This document shows, one piece after another, positions 36,401 through 51,400 of a stretch of DNA of 64,000 nucleotides. The position numbers and the translations under genes were made by a program. The notes beneath the pieces are model-generated. The model did no database searches, had not been told where the DNA came from, and saw only the letters and a program-made list of their open reading frames with translations. Every line of letters starts with the position of its first letter. The first letter of the stretch is position 1. Source of the stretch: Phyllobates terribilis (Eukaryota). The stretch spans positions 15,562,001 through 15,626,000 of the forward strand of contig NW_027362767.1 in assembly GCF_046119375.1 (NCBI RefSeq), given 5' to 3'.

Positions 36401-39400
36401 GAATACTGATCCACATGAGATACATGGGAGGTGAGGATGAGCGCTGCAGGATACTGATCCACATGAGATACACTGGAGGGGAGGACGAGTTCTGCAGGAT
36501 ACTGATCCACATGAGCTATATGAGAGGGGAGGATGAGCACTGCAGAATACTGATCCATATGCGAGACATGGGAGGTGAGGATGAACGCTGCAGGGTACTG
36601 ATCCACATGAGATATATGGTAGGGGAGGACGAGCGCTGCAGAATACTGATCCACATGAGATACATGGGAGGGGAGGACGAGCGCTGCAGGATACTTATCC
36701 ACATGAGATACACTGGAGGGGAGGACGAGCGCTGCAGGATACTGATCCACATGAGATATATGGGAGGTGAGGATGAGCGCTGCAGAATACTGATCCACAT
36801 GAGATACATGGGAGGTGAGGACGAGCACTGCAGGATACTGATCCACATGAGATACACTGGAGGGGAGGACGAGTGCTGCAGAATACTGATCCACATGAGA
36901 TATATGGGAGGTGATGATGAGAGCTGCAGGATACTGATCCACATGAGATATATGGGAGGTGAGGACGAGCGCTGCAGGATACTGATCCACATGAGATACA
37001 TGGGAGGTGAGGACGAGCGCTTCAGTATACTGATCCACATGAGATATATGAGAGGTGAGGACGAGCGCTGCAGGATTCTGATCCACATGAGATACACTGG
37101 AGGGGAGGACGAGCGCTGCAGGATACTGATCCACATGAGATACATGGGAGGTGAGGACGAGCGCTGCAGGATACTGATCCACATGAGATACATGGGAGGT
37201 GAGGACGAGCGCTGCAGGATACTGATCCACATGAGATACTGGAGGGAAGGACGAGTACTGCAGGATACTGATCCACATGAGCTATATGGGAGGGGAGGAC
37301 GAACGCTGCAGAATACTGATCCACATGAGATACATGGGAGGTGAGGATGAGAGCTGCAGGATACTGATCCACATGAGATACATGGGAGGTGAGGACGAGC
37401 GCTGCAGGATACTGATCCACATGAGATACATGGGAGGGGAGGAGGAGCGCTGCAGGATACTGATCCACATGAGCTATATGGGAGGGGAGGAGGAGCGCTG
37501 CAGAATAATGATCCACATGAGATACATGGGAGGGGAGGACGAGCGCTGCAGGATACTGATCCACATGAGATACATGGGAGGGGAGGACGAGCGCTGCAGA
37601 ATACTGATCCACATGAGATATATGAGAAGTGAGGACGAGCGCTGCAGAATACTGATCCACATGAGATACATGGGAGGGGAGGACGAGCACTGCAGGATAC
37701 TGATCCACATGAGATACATGGGAGGGGAGGACGAGCGCTGCAGAATACTAATCCACATGAGATATATGAGAAGTGAGGACGAGCGCTGCAGAATACTGAT
37801 CCACATGAGATACATGGGAGGTGAGGACGAGCGCGGCAGGATACTGATCCACATGAGATACATGGGAGGGTAGGATGAGCGCTGCAGAATACTGATCCAC
37901 ATGAGATACATGGGAGGTGAGGATGAGCGCTGCAGGATACTGATCCACATGAGATACACTGGAGGGGAGGACGAGTTCTGCAGGATACTGATCCACATGA
38001 GCTATATGAGAGGGGAGGATGAGCACTGCAGAATACTGAGCCATATGGGAGGTGAGGATGAACGCTGCAGGGTACTGATCCACATGAGATACATGGTAGG
38101 GGAGGACGAGCGCTGCAGAATACTGATCCACATGAGATACATGGGAGGGGAGGACGAGCGCTGCAGGATACTTATCCACATGAGATACACTGGAGGGGAG
38201 GACGAGCGCTGCAGGATACTGATCCACATGAGATATATGGGAGGTGAGGATGAGCGCTGCAGAATACTGATCCACATGAGATACATGGGAGGTGAGGACG
38301 AGCACTGCAGGATACTGATCCACATGAGATACACTGGAGGGGAGGACGAGTGCTGCAGGATCCTGATACACATGAGCTATATGGGAGGGGAGGACGAGCG
38401 CTGCAGAATACTGATCCACATGAGATACATGGGAGGTGAGGACGAGCGCTGCAGGATACTGATCCACATGAGATACATGGGAGGTGAGGAAGAGCGCTGC
38501 AGGATACTGATCCACATGAGATACATGGGAGGGGAGGACGAGCGCTGCAGGATACTGATCCACATGAGATACATGGGAGGGGAGGACGAGCGCTGCAGAA
38601 TACTGATCCACATGAGATATATGAGAAGTGAGGACGAGCGCTGCAGAATACTGATCCACATGAGATACATGAGAGGGGAGGACGAACGCTGCAGAATACT
38701 GATCCACATGAGATACATGGGAGGTGAGGACGAGCGCGGCAGGATACTGATCCACATGAGATACATGGGAGGGTAGGATGAGCGCTGCAGAATACTGATC
38801 CACATGAGATACATGGGAGGGGAGGACGAGCGCTGCAGGATACTGATCCACATGAGATACATGGGAGGGGAGGACGAGCGCTGCAGAATACTGATCCACA
38901 TGAGATATATGAGAAGTGAGGACGAGCGCTGCAGAATACTGATCCACATGAGATACATGAGAGGGGAGGACGAACGCTGCAGAATACTGATCCACATGAG
39001 ATACATGGGAGGTGAGGATGAGAGTTGCAGGATACTGATCCACATGAGATACATGGGAGGGGAGGACGAGCGCTGCAGAATACTGATCCACATGAGATAC
39101 ATGGGAGGTGAGGATGAGAGCTGCAGGATACTGATCCACATGAGATACACTGGAGGGGAGGACGAGCGCTGCAGAATACTGATCCACATGAGATACATGG
39201 GAGGTGAGGACGAGCGCTGCAGGATACTGATCCACATGAGATACATGGGAGGTGAGGACGAGCGCAGCAGGATACTGATCCACATGAGATACACTGGAGG
39301 GGAGGACGAGTACTGCAGGATACTGATCCACATGAGCTATATGGGAGGGGAGGACGAACGCTGCAGAATACTGATCCACATGAGATACATGGGAGGTGAG

Positions 39401-42400
39401 GATGAGAGCTGCAGGATACTGATCCACATGAGATACACTGGAGGGGAGGACGAGCGCTGCAGAATACTGATCCACATGAGATACATGGGAGGTGAGGATG
39501 AGAGCTGCAGGATACTGATCCACATGAGATACACTGGAGGGGAGGACGAGCGCTGCAGGATACTGATCCACATGATATACACTGGAGGGGAGGACGAGCG
39601 CTGCAGGATACTGATCCACATGAGATACATGGGAGGTGAGGATGAGCGCTGCAGAATACTGATCCACATGAGATACATGGGAGGTGAGGACGAGCTCTGC
39701 AGAATACTGATCCACATGAGATACATGGGAGGTGAGGACGAGCGCTGCAGGATACTGATCCGCATGAGATACATGGGAGGTGAGGACGAGCTCTGCAGAA
39801 TACTGATCCACATGAGATACATGGGAGGTGAGGATGAGCGCTGCAGGATACTGATCCACATGAGATACATGGGAGGTGAGGATGAGCGCTGCAGGATACT
39901 GATCCGCATGAGATACATGGGACGTGAGGACGAGCGCTGCAGAATACTGATCCACATGAGATATATGGGAGGTGATGATGAGAGCTGCAGGATACTGATC
40001 CACATGAGATATATGGGAGGTGAGGACGAGCGCTGCAGGATACTGATCCACATGAGATACATGGGAGGTGAGGACGAGCGCTTCAGTATACTGATCCACA
40101 TGAGATATATGAGAGGTGAGGACGAGCGCTGCAGGATTCTGATCCACATGAGATACACTGGAGGGGAGGACGAGCGCTGCAGGATACTGATCCACATGAG
40201 ATACATGGGAGGTGAGGACGAGCGCTGCAGGATACTGATCCACATGAGATACATGGGAGGTGAGGACGAGCGCTGCAGGATACTGATCCACATGAGATAC
40301 TGGAGGGAAGGACGAGTACTGCAGGATACTGATCCACATGAGCTATATGGGAGGGGAGGACGAACGCTGCAGAATACTGATCCACATGAGATACATGGGA
40401 GGTGAGGATGAGAGCTGCAGGATACTGATCCACATGAGATACATGGGAGGTGAGGACGAGCGCTGCAGGATACTGATCCACATGAGATACATGGGAGGGG
40501 AGGAGGAGCGCTGCAGGATACTGATCCACATGAGCTATATGGGAGGGGAGGAGGAGCGCTGCAGAATAATGATCCACATGAGATACATGGGAGGGGAGGA
40601 CGAGCGCTGCAGGATACTGATCCACATGAGATACATGGGAGGGGAGGACGAGCGCTGCAGAATACTGATCCACATGAGATATATGAGAAGTGAGGACGAG
40701 CGCTGCAGAATACTGATCCACATGAGATACATGGGAGGGGAGGACGAGCACTGCAGGATACTGATCCACATGAGATACATGGGAGGGGAGGACGAGCGCT
40801 GCAGAATACTGATCCACATGAGATATATGAGAAGTGAGGACGAGCGCTGCAGAATACTGATCCACATGAGATACATGGGAGGTGAGGACGAGCGCGGCAG
40901 GATACTGATCCACATGAGATACATGGGAGGGTAGGATGAGCGCTGCAGAATACTGATCCACATGAGATACATGGGAGGTGAGGATGAGCGCTGCAGGATA
41001 CTGATCCACATGAGATACACTGGAGGGGAGGACGAGTTCTGCAGGATACTGATCCACATGAGCTATATGAGAGGGGAGGATGAGCACTGCAGAATACTGA
41101 TCCATATGCGAGACATGGGAGGTGAGGATGAACGCTGCAGGGTACTGATCCACATGAGATATATGGTAGGGGAGGACGAGCGCTGCAGAATACTGATCCA
41201 CATGAGATACATGGGAGGGGAGGACGAGCGCTGCAGGATACTTATCCACATGAGATACACTGGAGGGGAGGACGAGCGCTGCAGGATACTGATCCACATG
41301 AGATATATGGGAGGTGAGGATGAGCGCTGCAGAATACTGATCCACATGAGATACATGGGAGGTGAGGACGAGCACTGCAGGATACTGATCCACATGAGAT
41401 ACACTGGAGGGGAGGACGAGTGCTGCAGGATCCTGATACACATGAGCTATATGGGAGGGGAGGACGAGCGCTGCAGAATACTGATCCACATGAGATACAT
41501 GGGAGGTGAGGACGAGCGCTGCAGGATACTGATCCACATGAGATACATGGGAGGTGAGGAAGAGCGCTGCAGGATACTGATCCACATGAGATACATGGGA
41601 GGGGATGACGAGCGCTGCAGGATACTGATCCACATGATCTATATGGGAGGGGAGGAGGAGCGCTGCAGAATACTGATCCACATGAGATACATGGGAGGGG
41701 AGGACGAGCGCTGCAGGATACTGATCCACATGAGATACATGGGAGGGGAGGACGAGCGCTGCAGAATACTGATCCACATGAGATATATGAGAAGTGAGGA
41801 CGAGCGCTGCAGAATACTGATCCACATGAGATACATGAGAGGGGAGGATGAGCGCTGCAGAATACTGATCCGCATGAGATACATGGGAGGTGAGGACGAG
41901 CGCGGCAGGATACTGATCCACATGAGATACATGGGAGGGTAGGATGAGCGCTGCAGAATACTGATCCACATGAGATACATGGGAGGTGAGGATGAGCGCT
42001 GCAGGATACTGATCCACATGAGATACACTGGAGGGGAGGACGAGTTCTGCAGGATACTGATCCACATGAGCTATATGGGAGGGGAGGACGAGCACTGCAG
42101 AATACTGATCCACATGAGATACATGGGAGGGGAGGACGAGCGCTGCAGGATACTGATCCACATGAGATATATGGGAGGTGAGGACGAGCGCTGCAGGATA
42201 CTGATCCACATGAGATATATGGGAGGTGAGGACGAGCGCTGCAGGATACTGATCCACATGAGATATTTTGGAGGGGAGGACGAGCGCTGCGGGGTACTGA
42301 TCCACATGAGATATATTGGAGGGGAGGACGAGCGCTGCAGAATACTGATCCACATGAGATACATGGGAGGGGAGGACGAGCGCTGCAGAATACTGATCCA

Positions 42401-45400
42401 CATGAGATACACGGGAGGTGAGGACTAGCACCGCAGGATACTGATCCACATGAGATACATGGGAGGGGAGGACGAGCGCTGCAGGGTACTGATCCACATG
42501 AGATACATGGGAGGGGAGGACGAGCGCTGCGGGATACTGATCCACATGAGATACATGGGAGGGGAGGACGAGCGCTGCAGAATACTGATCCACATGAGAT
42601 ACATGGGAGGGGAGGACGAGATCTGCGGGATACTGATCCACATGAGATATATGTGAGGGGAGGACGAGCGCTGCAGGGTACTGATCCACATGAGATACAT
42701 GGGAGGGGAGGACGAGCGCTGCAGGATACTGATCCACATGAGATATATGAGAGGTGAGGAAGAGCGCTGCAGAATACTAATCCACATGAGATACATGAGA
42801 GGGGAGGACGAGCTCTGCAGAATACTGATCCACATGAGATACATGGAAGGGGAGGACGAGATCTGCGGGATACTGATCCACATGAGATATATGGGAGGGG
42901 AGGACGAGCGCTGCAGGGTACTGATCCACATGAGATACATGGGAGGTGAGGATGAGCGCTGCAGGATACTGATCCACATGAGATACATGGGAGGTGAGGA
43001 TGAGCGCTGCAGGATACTGATCCACATGAGATACATGGGAGGTGAGGACGAGCGCTGCAGAATACTGATCCACATGAGATATATGAGAGGTGAGGACGAG
43101 CGCTGCAGAATACTGATCCACATGAGATACATGAGAGGGGAGGACGAGCGCTGCAGAATACTGATCCACATGAGATACATGGGAGGGGAGGACGAGATCT
43201 GCGGGATACTGATCCACATGAGATATATGGGAGGGGAGGACGAGATCTGCGGGATACTGATCCACATGAGATATATGGGAGGGGAGGACGAGCGCTGCAG
43301 GGTACTGATCCACATGAGATACATGGGAGGTGAGGATGAGCGCTGCAGGATACTGATCCACATGAGATAGATGGGAGGTGAGGATGAGCGCTGCAGGATA
43401 CTGATCCACATGAGATACATGGGAGGTGAGGACGAGCGCTGAAGAATACTGATCCACATGAGATACATGGGAGGGGAGGACGAGCGCTGCAGGATACTGA
43501 TCCACATGAGATATATGGGAGGTGAGGACGAGCGCTGCAGGATACTGATCCACATGAGATACATGGGAGGTGAGGACGAGCGCTTCAGGGTACTGATCCA
43601 CATGAGATATATGGGAGGTGATGACGAGCGCTGCAGGATACTGATCCACATGAGGGACATGGGAGGGGAGGACGAGCGCTGCAGTATACTGATCCACATG
43701 AGATACATGGGAGGTGAGGACGAGTGCTGCAGGGTACTGATCCACATGAGATACATAGGAGGGGAGGACGAGCGCTGCAGGATACTGATCCACATGAGAT
43801 ACACGGGAGGTGAGGACGTGCGCTGCAGGATACTGATCCACATGAGATACACGGGAGGTGAGGACGAGCGCTGCAGGATACTGATCCACATGAGTTACAT
43901 GGGAGGGGAGGACGAGCGCTGCGGGGTACTGATCCACATGAGATACACGGGAGGTGAGGACGAGAGCTGCGGGATACTGATCCACATGAGATACATGGGA
44001 GGGGAGGACGAGCGCTGCAGGGTACTGATCCACATGAGATACATGGGAGGTGAGGATGAGCGCTGCAGGATACTGATCCACATGAGTTACATGGGAGGGG
44101 AGGACGAGCGCTGCAGGGTACTGATCCACATGAGATACATGGGAGGTGAGGATGAGCGCTGCAGGATACTGATCCACATGAGATAGATGGGAGGTGAGGA
44201 TGAGCGCTGCAGGATACTGATCCACATGAGATACATGGGAGGTGAGGACGAGCGCTGAAGAATACTGATCCACATGAGATACATGGGAGGGGAGGACGAG
44301 CGCTGCAGGATACTGATCCACATGAGATATATGGGAGGTGAGGACGAGCGCTGCAGGATACTGATCCACATGAGATACATGGGAGGTGAGGACGAGCGCT
44401 TCAGGGTACTGATCCACATGAGATATATGGGAGGTGATGACGAGCGCTGCAGGATACTGATCCACATGAGGGACATGGGAGGGGAGGACGAGCGCTGCAG
44501 TATACTGATCCACATGAGATACATGGGAGGTGAGGACGAGTGCTGCAGGGTACTGATCCACATGAGATACATAGGAGGGGAGGACGAGCGCTGCAGGATA
44601 CTGATCCACATGAGATACACGGGAGGTGAGGACGTGCGCTGCAGGATACTGATCCACATGAGATACACGGGAGGTGAGGACGAGCGCTGCAGGATACTGA
44701 TCCACATGAGTTACATGGGAGGGGAGGACGAGCGCTGCAGGGTACTGATCCACATGAGATATATGGGAGGTGAGGATGAGCGCTGCAGGATACTGATCCA
44801 CATGAGAGACATGGGAGGGGAGGACGAGCGCTGCAGTATACTGATCCACATGAGAGACATGGGAGGGGAGGACGAGCGCTGCAGTATACTGATCCACATG
44901 AGATACAAGGGAGTTGAGGACGAGCGCTGCATGATACTGATCCACATGAGATACATGGGAGGAGAGGACGAGTGCTGCATGATACTGATCCACATGAGAT
45001 ACATGGGAGGAGAGGATGAGCGCTGCAGGATACTGATCCACATGAGATACATGGGAGGTGAGGACGAGCGCTGCAGGATACTGATGCACATGAGATACAT
45101 GGGAGGTGAGAACGAGCGCTGCAGGATACTGATCCACATGAGATACATGGGAGGTGAGGACGAGCGCTGCCGGATACTGATCCACATGAGATACATGGGA
45201 GGAGAGGACGAGCGCTGCAGGGTACTGATCCACATGAGATACATAGAAGGGGAGGACGAGCGCTGCAGGATACTGATCCACATGAGATACACGGGAGGTG
45301 AGGACGAGCGCTGCAGGATACTGATCCACATGAGATACATGGGAGGTGAGGACGAGCGCTGCAGGATACTGATCCACATGAGATACATGGGAGGGGAGGA

Positions 45401-48400
45401 CGAGCGCTGCGGGGTACTGATCCACATGAGATACACGGGACGTGAGGACGAGAGCTGCAGGCTACTGATCCACATGAGATACATGGGAGGGGAGGACGAG
45501 CGCTGCAGGATACTGATCCACATGAGATACATGGGAGGTGAGGACGAGCGCTGCAGGATACTGATCCACATGAGATACATGGGAGGGGAGGACGAGCGCT
45601 GCAGGATACTGATCCACATGAGATACATGGGAGGTGAGAACGAGCGCTGCAGAATACTGATCCACATGAGATACATGGGAGGTGAGGACGAGCTCTGCAG
45701 AATACTGATCCACATGAGAAACATGGGAGGTGAGGACGAGCGCTGCAGGATACTGATCCACATGAGATATATGGGAGGTGAGGACGAGCGCTGCGGCATA
45801 CTGATCCACATGAGATATATTGGAGGTGAGGATGAGCGCTGCAGGATACTGATCCACATGAGATACATGGGAGGTGAGGACGAGCTCTGCAGGATACTGA
45901 TCCGCATGAGATACATGGGAGGGGAGGACGAGCGCTGCAGGATATTGATCCACATGAGATACATGGGGAGTGAGGACGAGCGCTGCAGGATACTGATCCA
46001 CATGAGATACATGGGAGGTGAGGATGAGCGCTGCAGGATACTGATCCACATGAGATACATGGGAGGTGAGGACGAGCTCTGCAGAATACTGATCCACATG
46101 AGATACACGGGAGGTGAGGACTAGCACCGCAGGATACTGATCCACATGAGATACATGGGAGGGGAGGACGAGCGCTGCAGGGTACTGATCCACATGAGAT
46201 ACATGGGAGGGGAGGACGAGCGCTGCGGGATACTGATCCACATGAGATACATGGGAGGGGAGGACGAGCGCTGCAGAATACTGATCCACATGAGATACAT
46301 GGGAGGGGAGGACGAGATCTGCGGGATACTGATCCACATGAGATATATGTGAGGGGAGGACGAGCGCTGCAGGGTACTGATCCACATGAGATACATGGGA
46401 GGGGAGGACGAGCGCTGCAGGATACTGATCCACATGAGATATATGAGAGGTGAGGAAGAGCGCTGCAGAATACTGATCCACATGAGATACATGAGAGGGG
46501 AGGACGAGCGCTGCAGAATACTGATCCACATGAGATACATGGAAGGGGAGGACGAGATCTGCGGGATACTGATCCACATGAGATATATGGGAGGGGAGGA
46601 CGAGCGCTGCAGGGTACTGATCCACATGAGATACATGGGAGGTGAGGATGAGCGCTGCAGGATACTGATCCACATGAGATACATGGGAGGTGAGGATGAG
46701 CGCTGCAGGATACTGATCCACATGAGATACATGGGAGGTGAGGACGAGCGCTGCAGAATACTGATCCACATGAGATATATGAGAGGTGAGGACGAGCGCT
46801 GCAGAATACTGATCCACATGAGATACATGAGAGGGGAGGACGAGCGCTGCAGAATACTGATCCACATGAGATACATGGGAGGGGAGGACGAGATCTGCGG
46901 GATACTGATCCACATGAGATATATGGGAGGGGAGGACGAGATCTGCGGGATACTGATCCACATGAGATATATGGGAGGGGAGGACGAGCGCTGCAGGGTA
47001 CTGATCCACATGAGATACATGGGAGGTGAGGATGAGCGCTGCAGGATACTGATCCACATGAGATAGATGGGAGGTGAGGATGAGCGCTGCAGGATACTGA
47101 TCCACATGAGATACATGGGAGGTGAGGACGAGCGCTGAAGAATACTGATCCACATGAGATACATGGGAGGGGAGGACGAGCGCTGCAGGATACTGATCCA
47201 CATGAGATATATGGGAGGTGAGGACGAGCGCTGCAGGATACTGATCCACATGAGATACATGGGAGGTGAGGACGAGCGCTTCAGGGTACTGATCCACATG
47301 AGATATATGGGAGGTGATGACGAGCGCTGCAGGATACTGATCCACATGAGGGACATGGGAGGGGAGGACGAGCGCTGCAGTATACTGATCCACATGAGAT
47401 ACATGGGAGGTGAGGACGAGTGCTGCAGGGTACTGATCCACATGAGATACATAGGAGGGGAGGACGAGCGCTGCAGGATACTGATCCACATGAGATATAT
47501 GAGAGGTGAGGAAGAGCGCTGCAGAATACTGATCCACATGAGAAACATGAGAGGGGAGGACGAGCGCTGCAGAATACTGATCCACATGAGATACATGGAA
47601 GGGGAGGACGAGATCTGCGGGATACTGATCCACATGAGATATATGGGAGGGGAGGATGAGCGCTGCAGGGTACTGATCCACATGAGATACATGGGAGGTG
47701 AGGATGAGCGCTGCAGGATACTGATCCACATGAGATACATGGGAGGTGAGGATGAGCGCTGCAGGATACTGATCCACATAAGATACATGGGAGGTGAGGA
47801 CGAGCGCTGCAGAATACTGATCCACATGAGATATATGAGAGGTGAGGACGAGCGCTGCAGAATACTGATCCACATGAGATATATGAGAGGTGAGGACGAG
47901 CGCTGCAGAATACTGATCCACATGAGATACATGAGAGGGGAGGACGAGCGCTGCAGAATACTGATCCACATGAGATACATGGGAGGGGAGGACGAGATCT
48001 GCGGGATACTGATCCACATGAGATATATGGGAGGGGAGGACGAGATCTGCGGGATACTGATCCACATGAGATATATGGGAGGGGAGGACGAGCGCTGCAG
48101 GGTACTGATCCACATGAGATACATGGGAGGTGAGGATGAGCGCTGCAGGATACTGATCCACATGAGATAGATGGGAGGTGAGGATGAGCGCTGCAGGATA
48201 CTGATCCACATGAGATACATGGGAGGTGAGGACGAGCGCTGAAGAATACTGATCCACATGAGATACATGGGAGGGGAGGACGAGCGCTGCAGGATACTGA
48301 TCCACATGAGATACATGGGAGGTGAGGACGAGCGCTTCAGGGTACTGATCCACATGAGATATATGGGAGGTGATGAGCGCTGCAGGATACTGATCCACAT

Positions 48401-51400
48401 GAGGGACATGGGAGGGGAGGACGAGCGCTGCAGTATACTGATCCACATGAGATACATGGGAGGTGAGGACGAGTGCTGCAGGGTACTGATCCACATGAGA
48501 TACATAGGAGGGGAGGACGAGCGCTGCAGGATACTGATCCACATGAGATACACGGGAGGTGAGGACGTGCGCTGCAGGATACTGATCCACATGAGATACA
48601 CGGGAGGTGAGGACGAGCGCTGCAGGATACTGATCCACATGAGTTACATGGGAGGGGAGGACGAGCGCTGCGGGGTACTGATCCACATGAGATACACGGG
48701 AGGTGAGAACGAGAGCTGCGGGATACTGATCCACATGAGATACATGGGAGGGGAGGACGAGCGCTGCAGGATACTGATCCACATGAGATACATGGGAGGT
48801 GAGGGCGAGCGCTGCGGGATACTGATCCACATGAGATTTATTGGAGGTGAGGATGATCGCTGCAGGATACTGATCCACATGAGATACATGGGAAGTGAGG
48901 ACGAGCGCTGCAGGATACTGATCCACATGAGATACATGGGAGGGGAGGACGAGCGCTGCAGGATACTGATCCACATGAGATACATGGGAGGTGAGGACGA
49001 GCGCTGCAGGATACTGATCCACATGAGATACATGGGAGGTGAGGACGAGCTCTGCAGGATACTGATCCACATGAGATACATGGGAGGTGAGGACGAGCGC
49101 TGCAGGATACTGATCCACATGAGATACATGGGAGGTGAGGACGAGCGCTGCAGGGTACTGATCCACATGAGATATATGGGAGGTGAGGATGAGCGCTGCA
49201 GGATACTGATCCACATGAGAGACATGGGAGGGGAGGACGAGCGCTGCAGTATACTGATCCACATGAGAGACATGGGAGGGGAGGACGAGCGCTGCAGTAT
49301 ACTGATCCACATGAGATACAAGGGAGTTGAGGACGAGCGCTGCATTATACTGATCCACATGAGATACATGGGAGGAGAGGACGAGTGCTGCATGATACTG
49401 ATCCACATGAGATACATGGGAGGAGAGGATGAGCGCTGCAGGATACTGATCCACATGAGATACATGGGAGGTGAGGACGAGCGCTGCAGGATACTGATGC
49501 ACATGAGATACATGGGAGGTGAGAACGAGCGCTGCAGGATACTGATCCACATGAGATACATGGGAGGTGAGGACGAGCGCTGCCGGATACTGATCCACAT
49601 GAGATACATGGGAGGAGAGGACGAGCACTGCAGGGTACTGATCCACATGAGATACATAGAAGGGGAGGACGAGCGCTGCAGGATACTGATCCACATGAGA
49701 TACACGGGAGGTGAGGACGAGCGCTGCAGGATACTGATCCACATGAGATACATGGGAGGTGAGGACGAGCGCTGCAGGATACTGATCCACATGAGATACA
49801 TGGGAGGGGAGGACGAGCGCTGCAGGATACTGATCCACATGAGATACACGGGAGGTGAGGACGAGAGCTGCAGGATACTGATCCACATGAGATACATGGG
49901 AGGGGAGGACGAGCGCTGCAGGATACTGATCCACATGAGATACACGGGAGGTGAGGACGAGCGCTGCAGGATACTGATCCACATGAGATACACGGGAGGT
50001 GAGGACGAGCGCTGCAGGATACTGATCCACATGAGATACATGGGAGGGGAGGACGAGCGCTGCGGGGTACTGATCCACATGAGATACACGGGACGTGAGG
50101 ACGAGAGCTGCAGGATACTGATCCACATGAGATACATGGGAGGGGAGGACGAGCGCTGCAGGATACTGATCCACATGAGATACATGGGAGGTGAGGACGA
50201 GCGCTGCAGGATACTGATCCACATGAGATACATGGGAGGGGAGGACGAGCGCTGCAGGATACTGATCCACATGAGATACATGGGAGGTGAGAACGAGCGC
50301 TGCAGAATACTGATCCACATGAGATACATGGGAGGTGAGGACGAGCTCTGCAGAATACTGATCCACATGAGAAACATGGGAGGGGAGGACGAGCGCTGCA
50401 GGATACTGATCCACATGAGATACATGGGAGGTGAGGACGAGCGCTGCAGGATACTGATCCACATGAGATACATGGGAGGGGAGGACGAGCGCTGCAGGAT
50501 ACTGATCCACATGAGATACATGGGAGGTGAGGACGAGCGCTGCAGGATACTGATCCACATGAGATACATGGGAGGTGAGGATGAGCGCTGCAGGATACTG
50601 ATCCACATGAGATACATGGGAGGTGAGGACGAGCTCTGCAGAATACTGATCCACATGAGATACATGGGAGGTGAGGACAAGCGCTGCAGGATACTGATCC
50701 ACATGAGATACATGGGAGGTGAGGACGAGCTCTGCAGAATACTGATCCACATGAGATACATGGGAGGTGAGGACGAGCGCTGCCGGATACTGATCCACAT
50801 GAGATACATGGGAGGTGAGGACGAGCGCTGCCGGATACTGATCCACATGAGATACATGGGAGGTGAGGACGAGTGCTGCATGATACTGATCCACATGAGA
50901 TACATGGGAGGGGAGGATGAGCGCTGCAGGATACTGATCCACATGAGATACATGGGAGGTGAGGACGAGCGCTGCAGAATACTGCTCCACATGAGATACA
51001 TGGGAGGTGAGGACGAGCTCTACAGAATACTGATCCACATGAGATACATGGGAGGTGAGGACGAGCGCTGCAGGATACTGATCCACATGAGATACATGGG
51101 AACGGAGGACGAGCGCTGCGGGATACTGATCCACATGAAATACATGGGAGGGGAGGACGAGCGCTGCAGGATACTGATCCTCATGAGATACATGGGAGGT
51201 GAGGACAAGCGCTGCAGAATACTGATCCACATGAGATACATGGGAGGGGAGGACGAGCGCTGCAGGATACTGATCCACATGAGATACATGGGAGGTGAGG
51301 ATGAGCGCTGCAGGATACTGATCCACATGAGATAGATGGGAGGTGAGGATGAGCGCTGCAGGATACTGATCCACATGAGATACATGGGAGGTGAGGACGA

